Below, piece after piece: positions 1-13,223 of a DNA stretch of 64,000 bases; positions within the stretch are counted from its first letter, which is position 1; every line of letters begins with the position of its first letter. A model generated the notes under the pieces. That model searched no databases, was not told the origin of the DNA, and was given only the letters and a program-made list of their open reading frames with translations. This DNA is from Amoebidium appalachense (lineage: Eukaryota > Protista > Ichthyosporea). The position numbers and the translations under genes are program-made. Where the stretch lies: NCBI GenBank assembly GCA_963693365.1, contig CAVNZM010000012.1, positions 7,878,001 to 7,942,000 of the forward strand, read 5' to 3'.

Positions 1-166
1 TCTGTAGGAACGTGCTTGACTAAGCGTCGCATTCACTGTGAAAACAGTTAAATCTGATAGTTATCTTCTTTAATTTTCAAACCAATAATCAAACTAAACA
101 AAATAAAGTAATAAGAGATTACGAGTGCGCAAGAATTAATCATGCTCTCATTTAATGCACACCGAC

Positions 167-212
167 CAAGGCCTCCTAAATAGCACACCGGTGTGCTATT
201 TAGGAGGCCTTG
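167..212. mobile_element. Minimal hAT-like MITE: perfect 46-bp palindrome with 8-bp TSD
   Basis: CAAGGCCTCCTAAATAGCACACC|GGTGTGCTATTTAGGAGGCCTTG (167-212), flanked by ACACCGAC at 159-166 and 213-220. An 8-bp TSD and CAAGG (YARNG) termini fit the hAT superfamily. Confidence 0.75.
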
Positions 213-1326
213 ACACCGACCCAAACTCAAGACCTTCGCAACGCCAGTTAAGTTACAAAAAATAAACAGGCGTGGGCTGCCGGCCAATGCGTGAAGAGTA
301 GTTAGCTTGGCGGCATCCTGCGACACAACACATGCATGCACACACACCCCTACTGCCGGGGGGGGGGGGGGGGGGGGGGGGGGGCAGACCAGGTCCAACG
401 GTAAATTTGAACCTGATCTGCCCCCCCCCCCCCCCCCCCCCCCCCCTCCTCCGGGTAAATTTGAATTTGATCTGGCCCCCTCTCCCCGGCCTCCCCTCCC
501 TTCACGTGATCAGGCGGTAGAGCTACGTGCTTGACAATGTCCAGCTCGACGTTTAGCTTCGTGTTCTTGGTGTCTACGTGACCGGCAGGGGCTTGTACAG
601 TTTTTTTAAAACACTTAATGTAACTTGGGCTGATTCTACGTGTCACCGTGTTGATAACTTCGTGTTCTTGGTGTCTACGGGTGTGCCTGTGCGATTGTTT
701 TCTAGACGATTGCACACAAGAAACAAAACTTCGTGCACGTTAACGATATATTCACGGTGTCTGCGTGACCTCATGAGGTTGTCAATACAGTTTTTGTTTT
801 TTTTCCCTTTCTTTCATGTTTTTCTTCTCCCTGCTCCCGAGTCTTAATGACCCTTTGTTGTTTCAGTGATGCATAACACGTTACAGTAGGCATCCTCAGG
901 CGAAAAAACGACAGCTGGTGCCAAGTTTCAGGCTAAGGTATTTTTTTCTTTTTGTCTCCCTTTTTTTTTTTTTTTTTTTTTCCCCAAAAAAAAAATTCCC
1001 TTTCAGTGGGACATTCAGAGTCTGCAATAAAACGACAGCTGATGCCAAGATTCAAGATCTAGACTAGAAGGTAAAGATACATGGCAAACTAGGCCTGTCA
1101 AACCAAACAAAACTGGTATTTGCAAATTTATAAGAAGATAACACCACAACATCGGTCAGGTCATTTTTAAAACCTTGCACTCTATGAACTCATTATCAAC
1201 GTGTTTTTAGAATTTTTTAAGCCTTTTGAACGACGAAACAAATTTGTTACAGTACATGTCACATTCATTTCGGCAACTGCAGGTAAAAAAGTAGAAGAAC
1301 TTCGAATCACGTTCACGAATGAAAAT

Positions 1327-2723
1327 ATGGACAGATTTGAGCTTTCTCGCTTTTTGCCCGGTTGCAGCACAGCAGCCAAGGACTACCAATGTTTCATCTG
1401 CACAGAGGTGCACAGCAAGGAGACACGCTGCATGGCGCGAGACTGTCACAGTGCGTGTGTGTTCTGCCGGCCCTGCATCGAAAGCTGGCTGGAACGTGAT
1501 CAAATTTGCCCCAACGACAGAGGAAAACTCGTTAAAGATGACTTGGTGGAGTTTGGCAAGCTTTCTGCCCGCACACATAGCAACCTAGAGCTGAGTTGCA
1601 GTAACATGAAGTGGGGGTGTGGGGACACGTGCACCATAGCACCATAGCAGAGCACGCGGCACGCTGCCCCTTTGAGCCGGTCAAGTGTGCAAACGAGAGG
1701 TGTGGGGTGGAGGTGGCACGGGGGGAGCTGCAGGCGCACACAGAGGCTTGCCCCTATCACGTGCTGACGTGTGAGCACTGCAGCAAGAAAGTGCAACGAA
1801 ACGTCAACAAAGGTATGCATATCATGTGAGGGCGATGCTCACCTAGATTTCGCATGTCACGTAAGTTAGTGGTTTGGTAGACTGTGGTGTGTGTTTGTGT
1901 CGCTGTGATATTGTTCCACGTGTGTACCACGTGTGCGTGCGTGCGTGCGTGTGTATGTACAGTGTCACAGTGTGTATGTTTGTGTGCATCCGTGCGTGCG
2001 TGCGTGCGTGCATGCGTTTCGCTGCCCACAGAACACCTTGCTGCCTGCCTGTCGACCTCCGTCCCCTGCCTGGTTCCTGGCTGCAACGACGAAGTTCAGC
2101 GCCGCAACATGGCGGAACACAGAAAGAAAAAGGCACACGTACCCCTCCTGTACAAGCACGTAGAGGTTCTGCACGAGGAAATGCAAGCGCGTGACTTGGT
2201 GATGGCTCGGCAATTTTTTCCCAGCGATGACCCTGCTTCAGCGAGGCGGAAAAAAGGGGGCCTTTGTGTACTTGGAGAAGTGGAGTGAAAAGGCAACTGA
2301 CGCCCTTGGCACATGCCATTACACAACCCAAGCAACGCTGCCCAGTGGGTATTCTTTTGATCTGAGGGTGTTTCCAAATGCGACAGGCCTGAAGGTGCTG
2401 ATCACTTGTCGGTCATCTTTCGTTTACGTCCCGGGACTAGAGACGGTGCTTTAACATGGCCTTTTCCCCATTCCTTCACTATCACGCTGATCGACCACAG
2501 CCCCTCCCTTAGCCACAAATACGGTACACATCTTGACCTGGCCGACGCGGGTTTCCGGAGCCGCTTTCATGATATCGATGCAGTGCTTGTTCGTCCAACG
2601 AAACCGGTAGTGTTTGTGGGGAATTACGGTGTTATCAAAACCGAGAAACTTCAACCAGTGCCTGCAGGTGGGCGAGAATACGTTGTGGATGACACCGTGT
2701 GGTTTTACGTTTATACTTCATAG
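1327..2723 (+). pseudogene. TRAF-like E3 ligase (RING + TRAF zinc fingers + MATH/TRAF domain), three frameshifts
   Basis: RING CFIC...CVFCRPC...CPND; TRAF fingers HAARCPFEPVKC..C..HTEAC; intron 1813-2031 (GT..AG, phase 1); MATH motifs GYSFDLRVFPN, HLSVIFRL..G..DGALTWPF, YVVDDTVWF. Frame breaks at an 8-bp duplication (1631-1646), the A/G run near 2250-2260, and near 2389. Confidence 0.85.
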
Positions 2724-3101
2724 TATACATGAGCAAGGCGTGGATGAAAATGATTCGAAAGACGGTGAATTTTAGAGGCCTTCTATTCAATCTCCAACAG
2801 CTTTCCTTCCGACCAAGCATATTGACAGCTGTATGTACATAGTGAGTTGACTGAACTTGGCATTGTTTTAGCACGTTTTCCAGATAGTATATGCTCGGTT
2901 GCTAATCATGATGTACAGTAGTGATATGGTCAGTACTAGTATGAGTCATGTGATTATCATAGCAGTCGCGTTTAATGGCATCTTATTTACACAGCTGGCA
3001 GTCTACCGGAGGGCCTGTGCGAGGGGGCCGGTGGGCCGGTAGTGGGCATGTCACCGGGGCTGTGCACAGGGGTATGTGTGTGGGTCGGTGGTGGTGGTGG
3101 T

Positions 3102-3152
<51 letters not shown>

Positions 3153-3509
3153 GAAAGCAAATACCGACGTCCCCACCAGATGTGAGGGGAGGGGGACCCA
3201 CCTGTTGGCGGGGTGGATGGGTGCCCTCCTCCCCCCCCCCCCCCCCCCCCCCCTCCCCCCCCCCCCCCTCCCCCTCCCCTCTCCCCGTCTCCCCCCTGGA
3301 GGCTCTCCACCCGTGACCACCACTACCACCACTGACCGAATGGGCAATGGCCAAACATCCCTCTCCCTTAATTCCACCCAGCGGGCTTTCAAAACGGTTA
3401 GGTAAACTATTGGAAAGTTGATTTTTGGGGGGAAGGTTAGTGCTCATCTACCCATCCGTGCTGTGTTCGCGCGCGTGTGTGTGTGTGTGTACATGTGCAC
3501 ATGAGGATA

Positions 3510-3547
<38 letters not shown>

Positions 3548-4610
3548 TTTGCTACGCGCATATATGGTAGTTTGAGTACGTAGTGCGTACGCGTGTGTCT
3601 GTGTGTGTGTGTGTGTTGGAGGGGGGAGGGGGGGGGGGGGGGGAGGGGGGGCACATTTGCGGTACCGTGCATAACATATGGTGGTGTGAGTACGTAGTGT
3701 GACGATGCACTTGAAGCACTGTTGAGTTTGTGTACGCGCGCGCATTGATCTTTTTCTTTCTTTCTTTTCTTTTTCCCCATGGTGATGGTGGTGGTGGTGT
3801 GTGCACACATGTGACTGGACTGGGTGTGTGTGTGTGTGTGTGTGTGTGTACATGTGGCGAAGGGGGAGGGGGGAAGGGGGGAGGGGGCGCACATTGTGTG
3901 GTGTGTCTGCGTGACTGTGTGTGCATTGGAACGCTAATGAGTTAATCTTTGTGCACGCGCACTTATTTTTTCTTTTTCGTTTTGTGGTGACCGGTGGCAG
4001 TGGCGTGTGCACAATATTGTGACTGGACCGTGTGTGTGTGTGTGCTCGCGTGCGTGTGTGGGGTGGGGAGGGGTTAAACGATTCGAATGTGGTATAGGCC
4101 GGAAGGGGAGGGGATGTAGGGCTTCAAGCGGCTTCAATCGCCAGACGTCAAAATCGGGATTCTTGCCGAGACTAACAGGGCTTTATTCTCTTGCCACACA
4201 TGCACACACGCTAATCTAAATACTTCCATGATAATCCATCCCGAAACTAACCCACACTTTCCATGTATTGATTCATAGGAAACAGACCCCTACAACCTTT
4301 AGCGTTGAAAAGGGTTAAATCAGAGAAGAGCCAGCGTAGAACCAGAGCGAGAGAGAGCAACAGGAGAAAATCTTCAAGCATCAAAGTGGTGCCCGGGCAC
4401 TCAACCGTTAAAGCACCATGCCTACTCTACACTTGTACCTCAACATTGGCAAATTGACCATACGGACAAATATTCGGGAAATGAACCATGAAAAGTGCAC
4501 ATTTTGCCCCCGAAAACTGCAGACACGCCATGCATGCCAACCGAAAAAAAAACAGCCAAAAACGTAGATGTGTGCACGTATATACTTGAGGCAAAATATT
4601 AAAGAAACTC

Positions 4611-5053
4611 TCAGAAGGCCTTTGCCAGGTCGTTAAAGGCCTCGAGTTTCTTGTAGCGGCTGTCCTGGATGACCTCCTGAGTGGCGTCACTGCTGAAGTC
4701 GCTGAACCACTCAATGAACGTGGTGTTGTCCTGCACCAAAAATAGAATTAAAGGGGGTTTCTTTAAGAGATCCAGGTCGGGTCAGGCCAGAATGAGACAT
4801 ATGGCAATATGATTGGCTTGGTGCGCATCAAACAGCATTTGGCCCGACCCCAAGAAACCCCCTTTAACCAGCATGCTCTCGAGTGTTTCTTTAACGACTA
4901 TGGCGGCATTTCCAGAGAGCTCCTTTGCATGCTCAAAAAAAGTTATTTTGACTCCATATAATCAAGCATGTGGTTTCCAACCCATCCTTGGTTTCACACT
5001 ATTTAGACACTATGCAAGAAAACATTCAGAGTTGCTGACAGAAGAGGTCCCCC

Positions 5054-5133
<80 letters not shown>

Positions 5134-5703
5134 GGGGGGTTAGAATGAGGAACACGATAAGAAGTACAATTGCACGATGAATAACACAGTGCAGGACACA
5201 GGCAAAAGCAAACATTAAGGCATGCAACATCAGCAACCGCCGCAGTATACAAAATAAGTAGAGCCCATCTTCAGGGGGGGGGGGGGGGGGGGAGGGGAGG
5301 AGAGGGAAGGAGGGGGGGGGGGGGGGGGGGGTAGAAAGCCACACAAAGAATTCACAAAGCCTTGAATGATAGCCAAATATACAACTCCCCTCTCCCTCTT
5401 CCTCACCCTCCCTCTCCCTCACACCCTCTCTCTCTCTCTGTGTGTGTGTGAGCATGTGTGTGTGTTGGGCAGTGGGCATACTCTTAGATGAATGCAGAGT
5501 GCACACCACGCATAAAGAGTATGCATGGTAAGCACGAGGGGGGGGGGGGGGGGGGGGGGGGGGGGATAAGCTAAGCACGCAGGAACAAGGATACACAACG
5601 GAATGCCAGGTGGAGAACACATGCTTTGGGCAAAAAAGCAGGGGAGCGGCGGTGGGGTGGGGTAGGGTAGGGTGGGAAGGAAGGGCAGAGGAGAAAAAAA
5701 AAA

Positions 5704-5739
<36 letters not shown>

Positions 5740-5953
5740 GAGAGAGAGAGAGGGGAAGGGGGGGGGGGGGGGGGGGGGAGGGGGGGGGGGGGGAGGGAAG
5801 TCATGTGCATACTACGGTGACTCTCCTGAGCTGGATGGTGTGGATGGCCGACAACACGTTGATGGCAGGCTCACTGGAGATCACGTCGTACGTGATCTTG
5901 TGCTCCAGATCTAAAATTGAAAAATTGAATAAAACATAAAATATAAAAAAAAA

Positions 5954-5987
<34 letters not shown>

Positions 5988-6324
5988 GGGTAACAATGCA
6001 TCATAGAGTAAAAAGTACACATTCATAGTGGACATCACAGCATAATGCAGACCGCACACTACACACAAAAGAGTATGCATAATAAGCAGGGGGGGGAGGC
6101 GAGAGGGGAGGGGGCAAAGTCTTCCACAGGGTTAGAGTGCGAAACACGGCAAGAAGTACAACTACAGAGCGAGAAACGATGTAGGACACATTAAAAGGCA
6201 AATATCCAAGTATGGGACATAAACAGAGCCCATCCTCAGCGGCAAGGGGGGGGGGGGGGGGGGGGGGGTACGCATGTGTTAGGGGTGGGAAGAACTGAGG
6301 CCAAGGCACAGGTTATAATATACA

Positions 6325-6357
<33 letters not shown>

Positions 6358-6580
6358 TATTGTATATATATACCCACAAAATATAAGGTGCAACAACAAG
6401 TAGCCACACGAAAATCAAAAAGAACACGAGAATTAGTACGACGGGGGGGGGGGGGGGGGGGGGGGGGGTTTGAATGTGCTATAAAGTACGAAGTACACAT
6501 AAAAAACATAAACAACGGATAACACGATGCAGAATGCAGGCCACACACATAGAGTCTGCAGAACAAGTAGAGCCCATTCC

Positions 6581-6620
<40 letters not shown>

Positions 6621-8315
6621 GTCATCCAGGGGGGATTGGGGGGGGGGGGGGGGGGGGGGGGGAGGTTTGAGCATGTTACAGCGTACCAAAAAGTGCCCAG
6701 CGGAGGAGGGGATGGAGGGGGAAAGTAGGTGAATGTATTACAGAGTGTACAGTATTCATCAAGTCCAACCACACAATAAAAACAGTTAGGAAAAGGGGAA
6801 TACAAAGGGATGCGCCAAAAACAGAGCCCGTTCCCATGGCATTCACAAGATCAGAGTTTCGACCCAATCATCTTGCAGGCCCAACGGTTGAGGGGTGAGG
6901 GGGGGACGGGGGGTCTTATTGTTTGGGGGCAGGGGGAGGGGGGGGGGTTTGGAGAGGAGAGGTGGGGGGGGGGGGTTCTATACCGGAGAGCTCGACAATC
7001 TTCACAACCTGCACAGTCGAGTCCTTGAAGTTGAGGGTAACCTCACCACCAACTGGAGAAGGGGAAGGGGGGGGGGGGGAGGGGAGAGAGAGAGGGGGAG
7101 GCAGGGCTTGTTAGAGTGCGGAAGAGTATCACACGAAGTACACACATACGACGGACTACACAAATAACATTACATAGAACATATCAAGAGTGTGCACCAT
7201 AAGCAGAAACCATCCTTTGGGAGAGGGGGGGGGGGGGGGGGGGGGGAGGGGGGGGGGAGGGAGGAAGGGGAGGAAGGGGGGGATGTATCCCTGAGACGAC
7301 ATGAGGGGAAGGGAAAGCGGCCGAAAGCATAATAAAACCAAAAAATAAATAATAGTAAAAATAAAATATAAAAAAAAATAAAACACAACAAAGCAAGAGG
7401 AATGTAACCCATAGCCAGCTCTCTTACTTTCCTTTTTGCCTGTTTTGCTTTCACTTTCCTTCCCAGTAGAGAAAAGGGGAGAGCAAACGGGAGGAACATG
7501 GGGATGGTATCCGAGAAATGTATAAAACCGGGTGATGAAGGGGGCTGGCTCGCAAAAGTGGGGAAGAAGCGAGGGGGAGGGGACGGGGGGAGAGAAGTTT
7601 CGTTAGGAAAAGAGGGGGGGGTTTGTGGGGGAGGAGGAGGGGGGGGGGGGGGGTGGGGGGGGGGGGGGGGGGGGGGGGGGGCTTGTACCCTGGCCATCGG
7701 CACCCGACTTTGAGGCGCTTGCAATCAGACCCCAGAACTTGAAGTCGGCAGCACGGATCTTCTCCCACACCTAAAAGCGAGTAAGTACCTCACAGAGTAA
7801 CACAGAGTAAAGCAGAATGGAACAGAGCAAAACAGCCTGAGTAAAACAAGAAATAACTAACTGGGGACACTGACACAGTGACATACGAGATTTTAGAGCA
7901 AATTGGCATGTCGAAGTTATTAGCATCGTGCTGAATAGAAGCCGTGGAGGGTGAAAGAAGTAGTGAGCTGAGCTCGAAAAAAGAACGGTGCTTCGTGTGA
8001 GGAAGCAGTGTTACCATGTCGTTGTGAACATCGGCATCCTCGCACTGAGAGCAAAGGCGGGGAGGGAAAAAAAGACAGTAGAAGCGAAAATGAAAGCCCG
8101 AAAGAAAATAAATAAGGCGAGAAATGCGTGGGTGAAAAGAGACAAGGAATGATAGAAAGACAAAGGTATAGGGGAAAGGGAAAGACGAACATGAAGCAGG
8201 GAAAACACCAAGGGGGAAAAAAAAAAGGAAGAAAGAAAGAAGAAGAAAAACACAACGCACACACCTGGTTGATGGGGGCCTTAATAATGGCAGACTCATG
8301 AACGCGGGTAGCCAT
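4611..8315 (-). CDS. Bet v1-like / SRPBCC (polyketide cyclase-like) lipid-binding protein, ~138 aa, 5 exons
   Basis: Exons 8315-8265, 7770-7689, 7052-6984, 5910-5816, 4730-4611 join in frame via GT-AG: MATRVHESAIIKAPINQVWEKIRAADFKFW...QVGGEVTLNFKDSTVQVVKIVELSDLEHKITYDVISSEP...HTIQLRRVTDNTTFIEWFSDFSSDATQEVIQDSRYKKLEAFNDLAKAF*. Confidence 0.88.
5140..7220 (-). repeat. Degenerate ~130-bp intronic repeat family, several copies
   Basis: Recurrent AGAGCCCATC(C/T)TCAG-like core near 5261, 6224, 6570, 6822 and 7203. Related copies near 42470 and, on the + strand, near 56300 and 56935 (CTGAGGATGGGCT..GCTT). Confidence 0.6.
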
Positions 8316-8814
8316 TTTGACTTTTTCAGAAGAGAGAAAACTCAACTTCGTGTTGACTTCAAGACCTGAACTTTTTGTGGTGGTGAGGGCACGAGTTGAA
8401 GTTTTTCAAACAAGGCTGCGACAGAGAAAAAAATCTGTTGGGAAAAGGCGCATAGAGCCATCCATGATAATTCTCGAATAAACACCACGTTCTAGAGTAA
8501 TATCCAATTACTAAATTGTAAGTAAAAACGTAAACAAATCAAACACTAGTATTGCTGTCATCAGTTGCCTCATCGCGAAGGCCCGCATTTGCGCAATCCT
8601 TTCCCTTTTAAAGTCCGAAGTCCGACCTATAGCTATGTAAATTTTCTTATATTTCAGCTTCGCTTCAAAAAATGCGATGACGTAATGAAGGGTTGGGGGA
8701 AGGGGGCTACTCATATATCACATAACGCTTTAATCGATCAGTTACAATATGAAAAGAAAGCAGGTTTTGGTCAACTAATTAATATCGTCATACATAACGC
8801 GACACACATTTAGT

Positions 8815-8970
8815 GTATAAGCAACATGGGGTGCCCGCCGCTTACTAGAAAAAACTATGGTTTGTCATAGACGATCGACCAGGGCCCTGATGGTCGGAGG
8901 CCTGAGCCGGACGGGTTTTCGTCGATTTTGATGATGGAGGAAGCGTCGGACATCCTTGACCTCCTATATC
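8815..8970 (+). repeat. Interspersed repeat, copy 1 (probable transposon end or remnant)
   Basis: TATAAGCAACATGGGGTGCCCGCCGCTTA and GTTTTCGTCGATTTTGATGATGGAGGAAGCGTCGGAC...CCTATATCA match 37728-37910. Confidence 0.6.
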
Positions 8971-9904
8971 ATTTTTACACGTATTTTCATTTATAATAAA
9001 AAACCAAAACATCTTTTCTAGTGAAATATGCACATCAGGGCCTGTGGATTTGCACCCCGGCCGCAATGGGGTGAGCTGGCAGCCCTTACCCTACAGCCCT
9101 TTCGAAATCGAGTTCCAGAATCCAAATCTTGCAGGTAAGCCCCATACAACGTTACCCATGCAAATTCCAATGGGAATTCCGAACTAATTAGTAGCTGGCC
9201 AGCTCGGAGTCCCCAGGACTCCCGCTGATGCGCCCGGCTCCTTTGTCATTTTGAGTAGGAATGGAGGGACATCATGTTGGAGTACACTGGTACTCCCGGC
9301 TAGCAATGTCTGTTAGAGAAAGTTTCTGAGCAATTGAATAATTGTTTCAACACTCACTCGAGTGCATAGAGTTTTTTGTTTACGGTCATATTCATATATG
9401 GTAGTTATATGTTTGAGCCAAAACTGTACCAATGACGAGCTTCACTAGCAACGTGCTAATTGTGCTCATTAATTAATATTCCCGGTTCAGATGATGTCAT
9501 GTCTATATTTGCCACAGGATTCTATTCTTAGAGTGGTAGTGTGCTTTATTCCCGGATATTCTCAGAATATTTTTAGTTGTGTGAAGTAAGATTTACGTTT
9601 AACTGCAATTGGTGTGTTAAACACGTTTATTTGTGTGCTTTAGTGCAAGTTAACTAGCCACTCAACGTGCACAGTTAACTTTTATATCTTTAACGACTTG
9701 TTTTCATTGTGCTCTCTTTTCGGCCATGCTGTACATGGCCCACCACCAGGGTGCACACGAGGCCACCATGAGGTGGCCAACGACTATATAAAGCAGTGCC
9801 TCCCATGTCACAAACATGGGAAGCAGAACGTTTGATTTACACTTTTCTACTGTCGTTTTCAGTGCACAAAACACATAGACTAGTTACCCATCATACACGA
9901 CACT

Positions 9905-10296
9905 ATGTCTGACAACTTACAGTTGCAGCAACTAGTCCAACTACTGGAGCAGAGGTTGGCCTCACAAGATGAAATCATTTCTGACTTACAGAAGGAACAA
10001 CGTGCACTAGAACTAGCTTCTATGAACACAATGTCCAACACATCACCACTTTGGTGAGCACTAAAGACTATCTGTAAAAGAGCCGGTGTTCTATTGGTAG
10101 GGCGTTTTTTGGCTCTGGCGGGGACAGCAAGCTTGAGGGAGTACTCCACGTGGTACCGGTACAGGTGGTGTGTCATATGGTGGTGGTTGTGGTGAAATAT
10201 GTGGCTAATCATGTTTGGCCCAAAGTCCATGGCCAGCCATGCATGCCCCGGGTCCCCCCGCCATGGTCCAACGGGTGGCATTGTGGCACATGCATG
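9905..10296 (+). CDS. Putative spliced hypothetical protein with N-terminal coiled coil (partial model)
   Basis: TATATAAA near 9785. ATG at 9905 gives MSDNLQLQQLVQLLEQRLASQDEIISDLQKEQRALELA, then a GTGAG donor at 10054. A possible in-frame exon from ~10128 ends at a GTAAGT donor. No recognisable family. Confidence 0.3.
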
Positions 10297-11469
10297 TAAG
10301 TGATCCCGTATGCATACAAATCTCGAGGTGCCTACTTTGAAGCGCAAAAGAAAAAACACATGTGTCAATGTTAATTGTAACACATGTATTTATATGTACG
10401 AATTCGGTACCTACGGACTCACATACGCAGCACACATGTACACGGGTCGTCCGCGTACAGGCACCGTCACAGTCAGCCTCAGCTGCAGGCAGGCCTGGCT
10501 TATTTAGTGCAGGCCATTCGAAAACAATTCCTCGTCAGAGTAGGAGGCCTTGTTATGTACATGTTCAAAAGTCGTCGACGTGCACAGCTCGCCGTGTGTG
10601 TGCCTAGCCAGTGCTTACACTTAGCCTTTCATAATTTCATTGCGAGGACCGTAACACGTGAAGAACGCACACCACTTGTACAGTGTAGTAGGCGCACACG
10701 TGCACGCCTTGCACACCAGCTGCCAGCACGGTGCGTGCACGTGTTTCGTGTAACTTTTGAGTTCTGGATCTTCGCCACAGCCACTCGCAAACCTGGATCT
10801 ACGCTGCTGTGATCTGCGCAGGAATGACAATGAGCAGATAGATGGAATGCGTAATCTAGATTTCAAGATACATTATTGGCTCACCAATGGTACTTGGAAT
10901 GAAGGATAGATTTCGCCAGATTTCCCGTCCGACGTAGGACAGTACGCACGGTGCGTACTGAGTCTGTACTTCCTATCATTTGTAGTATTATGATGATGTA
11001 TTAACAGTATACCATTCACTAGGGGAATAGGCAGAGCAAAGTGGAAACGCTTGGCCTCTGTGAGTGAGGTAGAACGGGGTGGAAAAGCTTGATAGATAAA
11101 CGCCCTGGTCAGTGATATGTCAGCTACTGATCATGATGCATGTGTCTACACATGCATGGCAGCCTGAGATGGACACAGACTAACTTGGCGCGTACCGTAG
11201 TTATAGAACTGCGCCGAGCCTCCTCTCTAGGTTTCTCCGTCAATTGAACGTCACATTTTAGCTACGCCCACAGCATATCGAATAATAGGCATCAGTGGAC
11301 AAAATGACGTCAATGCACTCCGGGTATAGAAGACGGACAGTGGCCATGGTGGGTTACCGGAGCCTCCGCCGGGGCGGAGATGTACATGTTAACGAGCCAA
11401 TCAAGACAGCATTCTTGCAGTTGATTTTGAAACAGCCCGAGGGAGGGGTTAGTAGTAGCTTTGGGGGGA

Positions 11470-11503
<34 letters not shown>

Positions 11504-12327
11504 CTCACCCACACCCACCCTCGGCTAGCCCGAGGAGGAGGAGGCGGGGGTGCGATGGGGGGGGGGGGGGGAGGGGGGGAGGGGAGAGGGGGAGAGGGGG
11601 CGGGAAGGGTGGGAAAGAGGGGCACCACCCCGGAGTAGGTGGGTCCGGGGGAGGAGGGGGGGGGGTGGGGGGGAAGGGGTCACCCACCTCGCAGGCTGCA
11701 CCAATAAACTACTATTAGATGGGCCCTGGTCGTATTTAATCATAGCCTATAATTTCGCAGCGGTTCAGTACTGCATACATACAAGCTTCCAATGCGTGAG
11801 AAACATCGAAGAATACTACTACTAGGACTCCATTGAATCTGAAAATCAGGCTATGCCTTCCGGTCATATGCTCGAGCCCCCCCCCCTCCCTCCCTTCCCC
11901 CCCCCTCCCCCCCCTTCTTTTCTGGCCCCCTCCCCCCCCCCCCCCCTCCCCCCCCCCCCCCCCCTCCTTTTGCGGGCCTGGGCGGGATCGTCTCCAGTCT
12001 CCCCACAGCGCGCGCACACACACACACACTTTCACACGTGCCCGCACACACTGTAGGCTGTACCGTAACCACCGGCGCACACATCGTGCACAAACCAGTG
12101 ATTCTGCTGCGCACAAGACATGAAACGCATGCAAATACACTCACGCACACCACATGTACACTTAGTAGTACATATACATTCCCCGCCACACAGGCACGCA
12201 CACGAACATTGCAAGGTGAAAACGTGCATCCATTAATTAATTTATATAGGTGAGTCATTATAGTTGGCCGTAACGAATACAGCCTTCGAGGTGGGTGGAA
12301 AAGAGATGTTTGGCCATCACGCACACG

Positions 12328-12373
<46 letters not shown>

Positions 12374-12458
12374 TCCCATTGTTGGGAAGAAAAAAGAAAG
12401 AAGTGGGGGTTTTGTCTGACTCCACCCCCCCCTCCCCCCACACACACCCTCCCCCATC

Positions 12459-12493
<35 letters not shown>

Positions 12494-13072
12494 ACCCCCT
12501 CATTTTCCCTCCTGCCTCCGGGCCACTTTTTCCCCCTTCGTTACTGCACAACACTCAGTTGAATCTCTTTTGTTTACAAAGTGCTATGGGGTGGAAAGGA
12601 ACAAAATAGAAATCTACTACTTTTTTAGCGAGTTCCTGTTGGTCAACGTCATAGCAGCCAATGTGCTCATGATCATGATCAATTATGGCGTATGCATATA
12701 TGACGGCGGCTTAGTCAAAAGTTGGCGTTGGAGCTACTGTCGAAGCTACACACTATTTGAAAGTAATTTGAAGTACATAAAGCCTTTTTCCTTATAGTAA
12801 ACAGGCTTTGGGTGCCTAATAAAAAAGTTTCTGTAGTGCCTTGTAGATAGCGCGGTGGGCAAATTTAGACCGGCGCAGAGCTAGCTAGTCATGAGCTGCG
12901 CCGGTCGTTCAGCCAATCAGCGGTGTTAGCCTCCTTGAATCTGGTCAAACCAACCAATTGCGTAGCCCCAAAAAGTAGTATCGTTTTCTATTTTGTTCCT
13001 TTCCACCCCATAGTAGTTCCTGTCACCGTTAATTGTGTAATGTGGATGCCTGTGTGATATCATACGGTGTGT

Positions 13073-13103
<31 letters not shown>

Positions 13104-13223
13104 ACCTGACCTGGGTGGGGAGGGGAGGGTAGTGGGGGATGGGCGGGAGAGGGGTTGGGGGTTGGGGGAGGGGGCCAAGGTGTTTGTGTGTGTGTGTGTT
13201 GGGGGGGAGGGGGAGGGGGGTCG

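Noticed and set aside
1090-2833. TIR pair (TAGGCCTGTCAA / TTGACAGCTGTA) capturing the TRAF gene
   Set aside because: Only a partial match and no target-site duplication.
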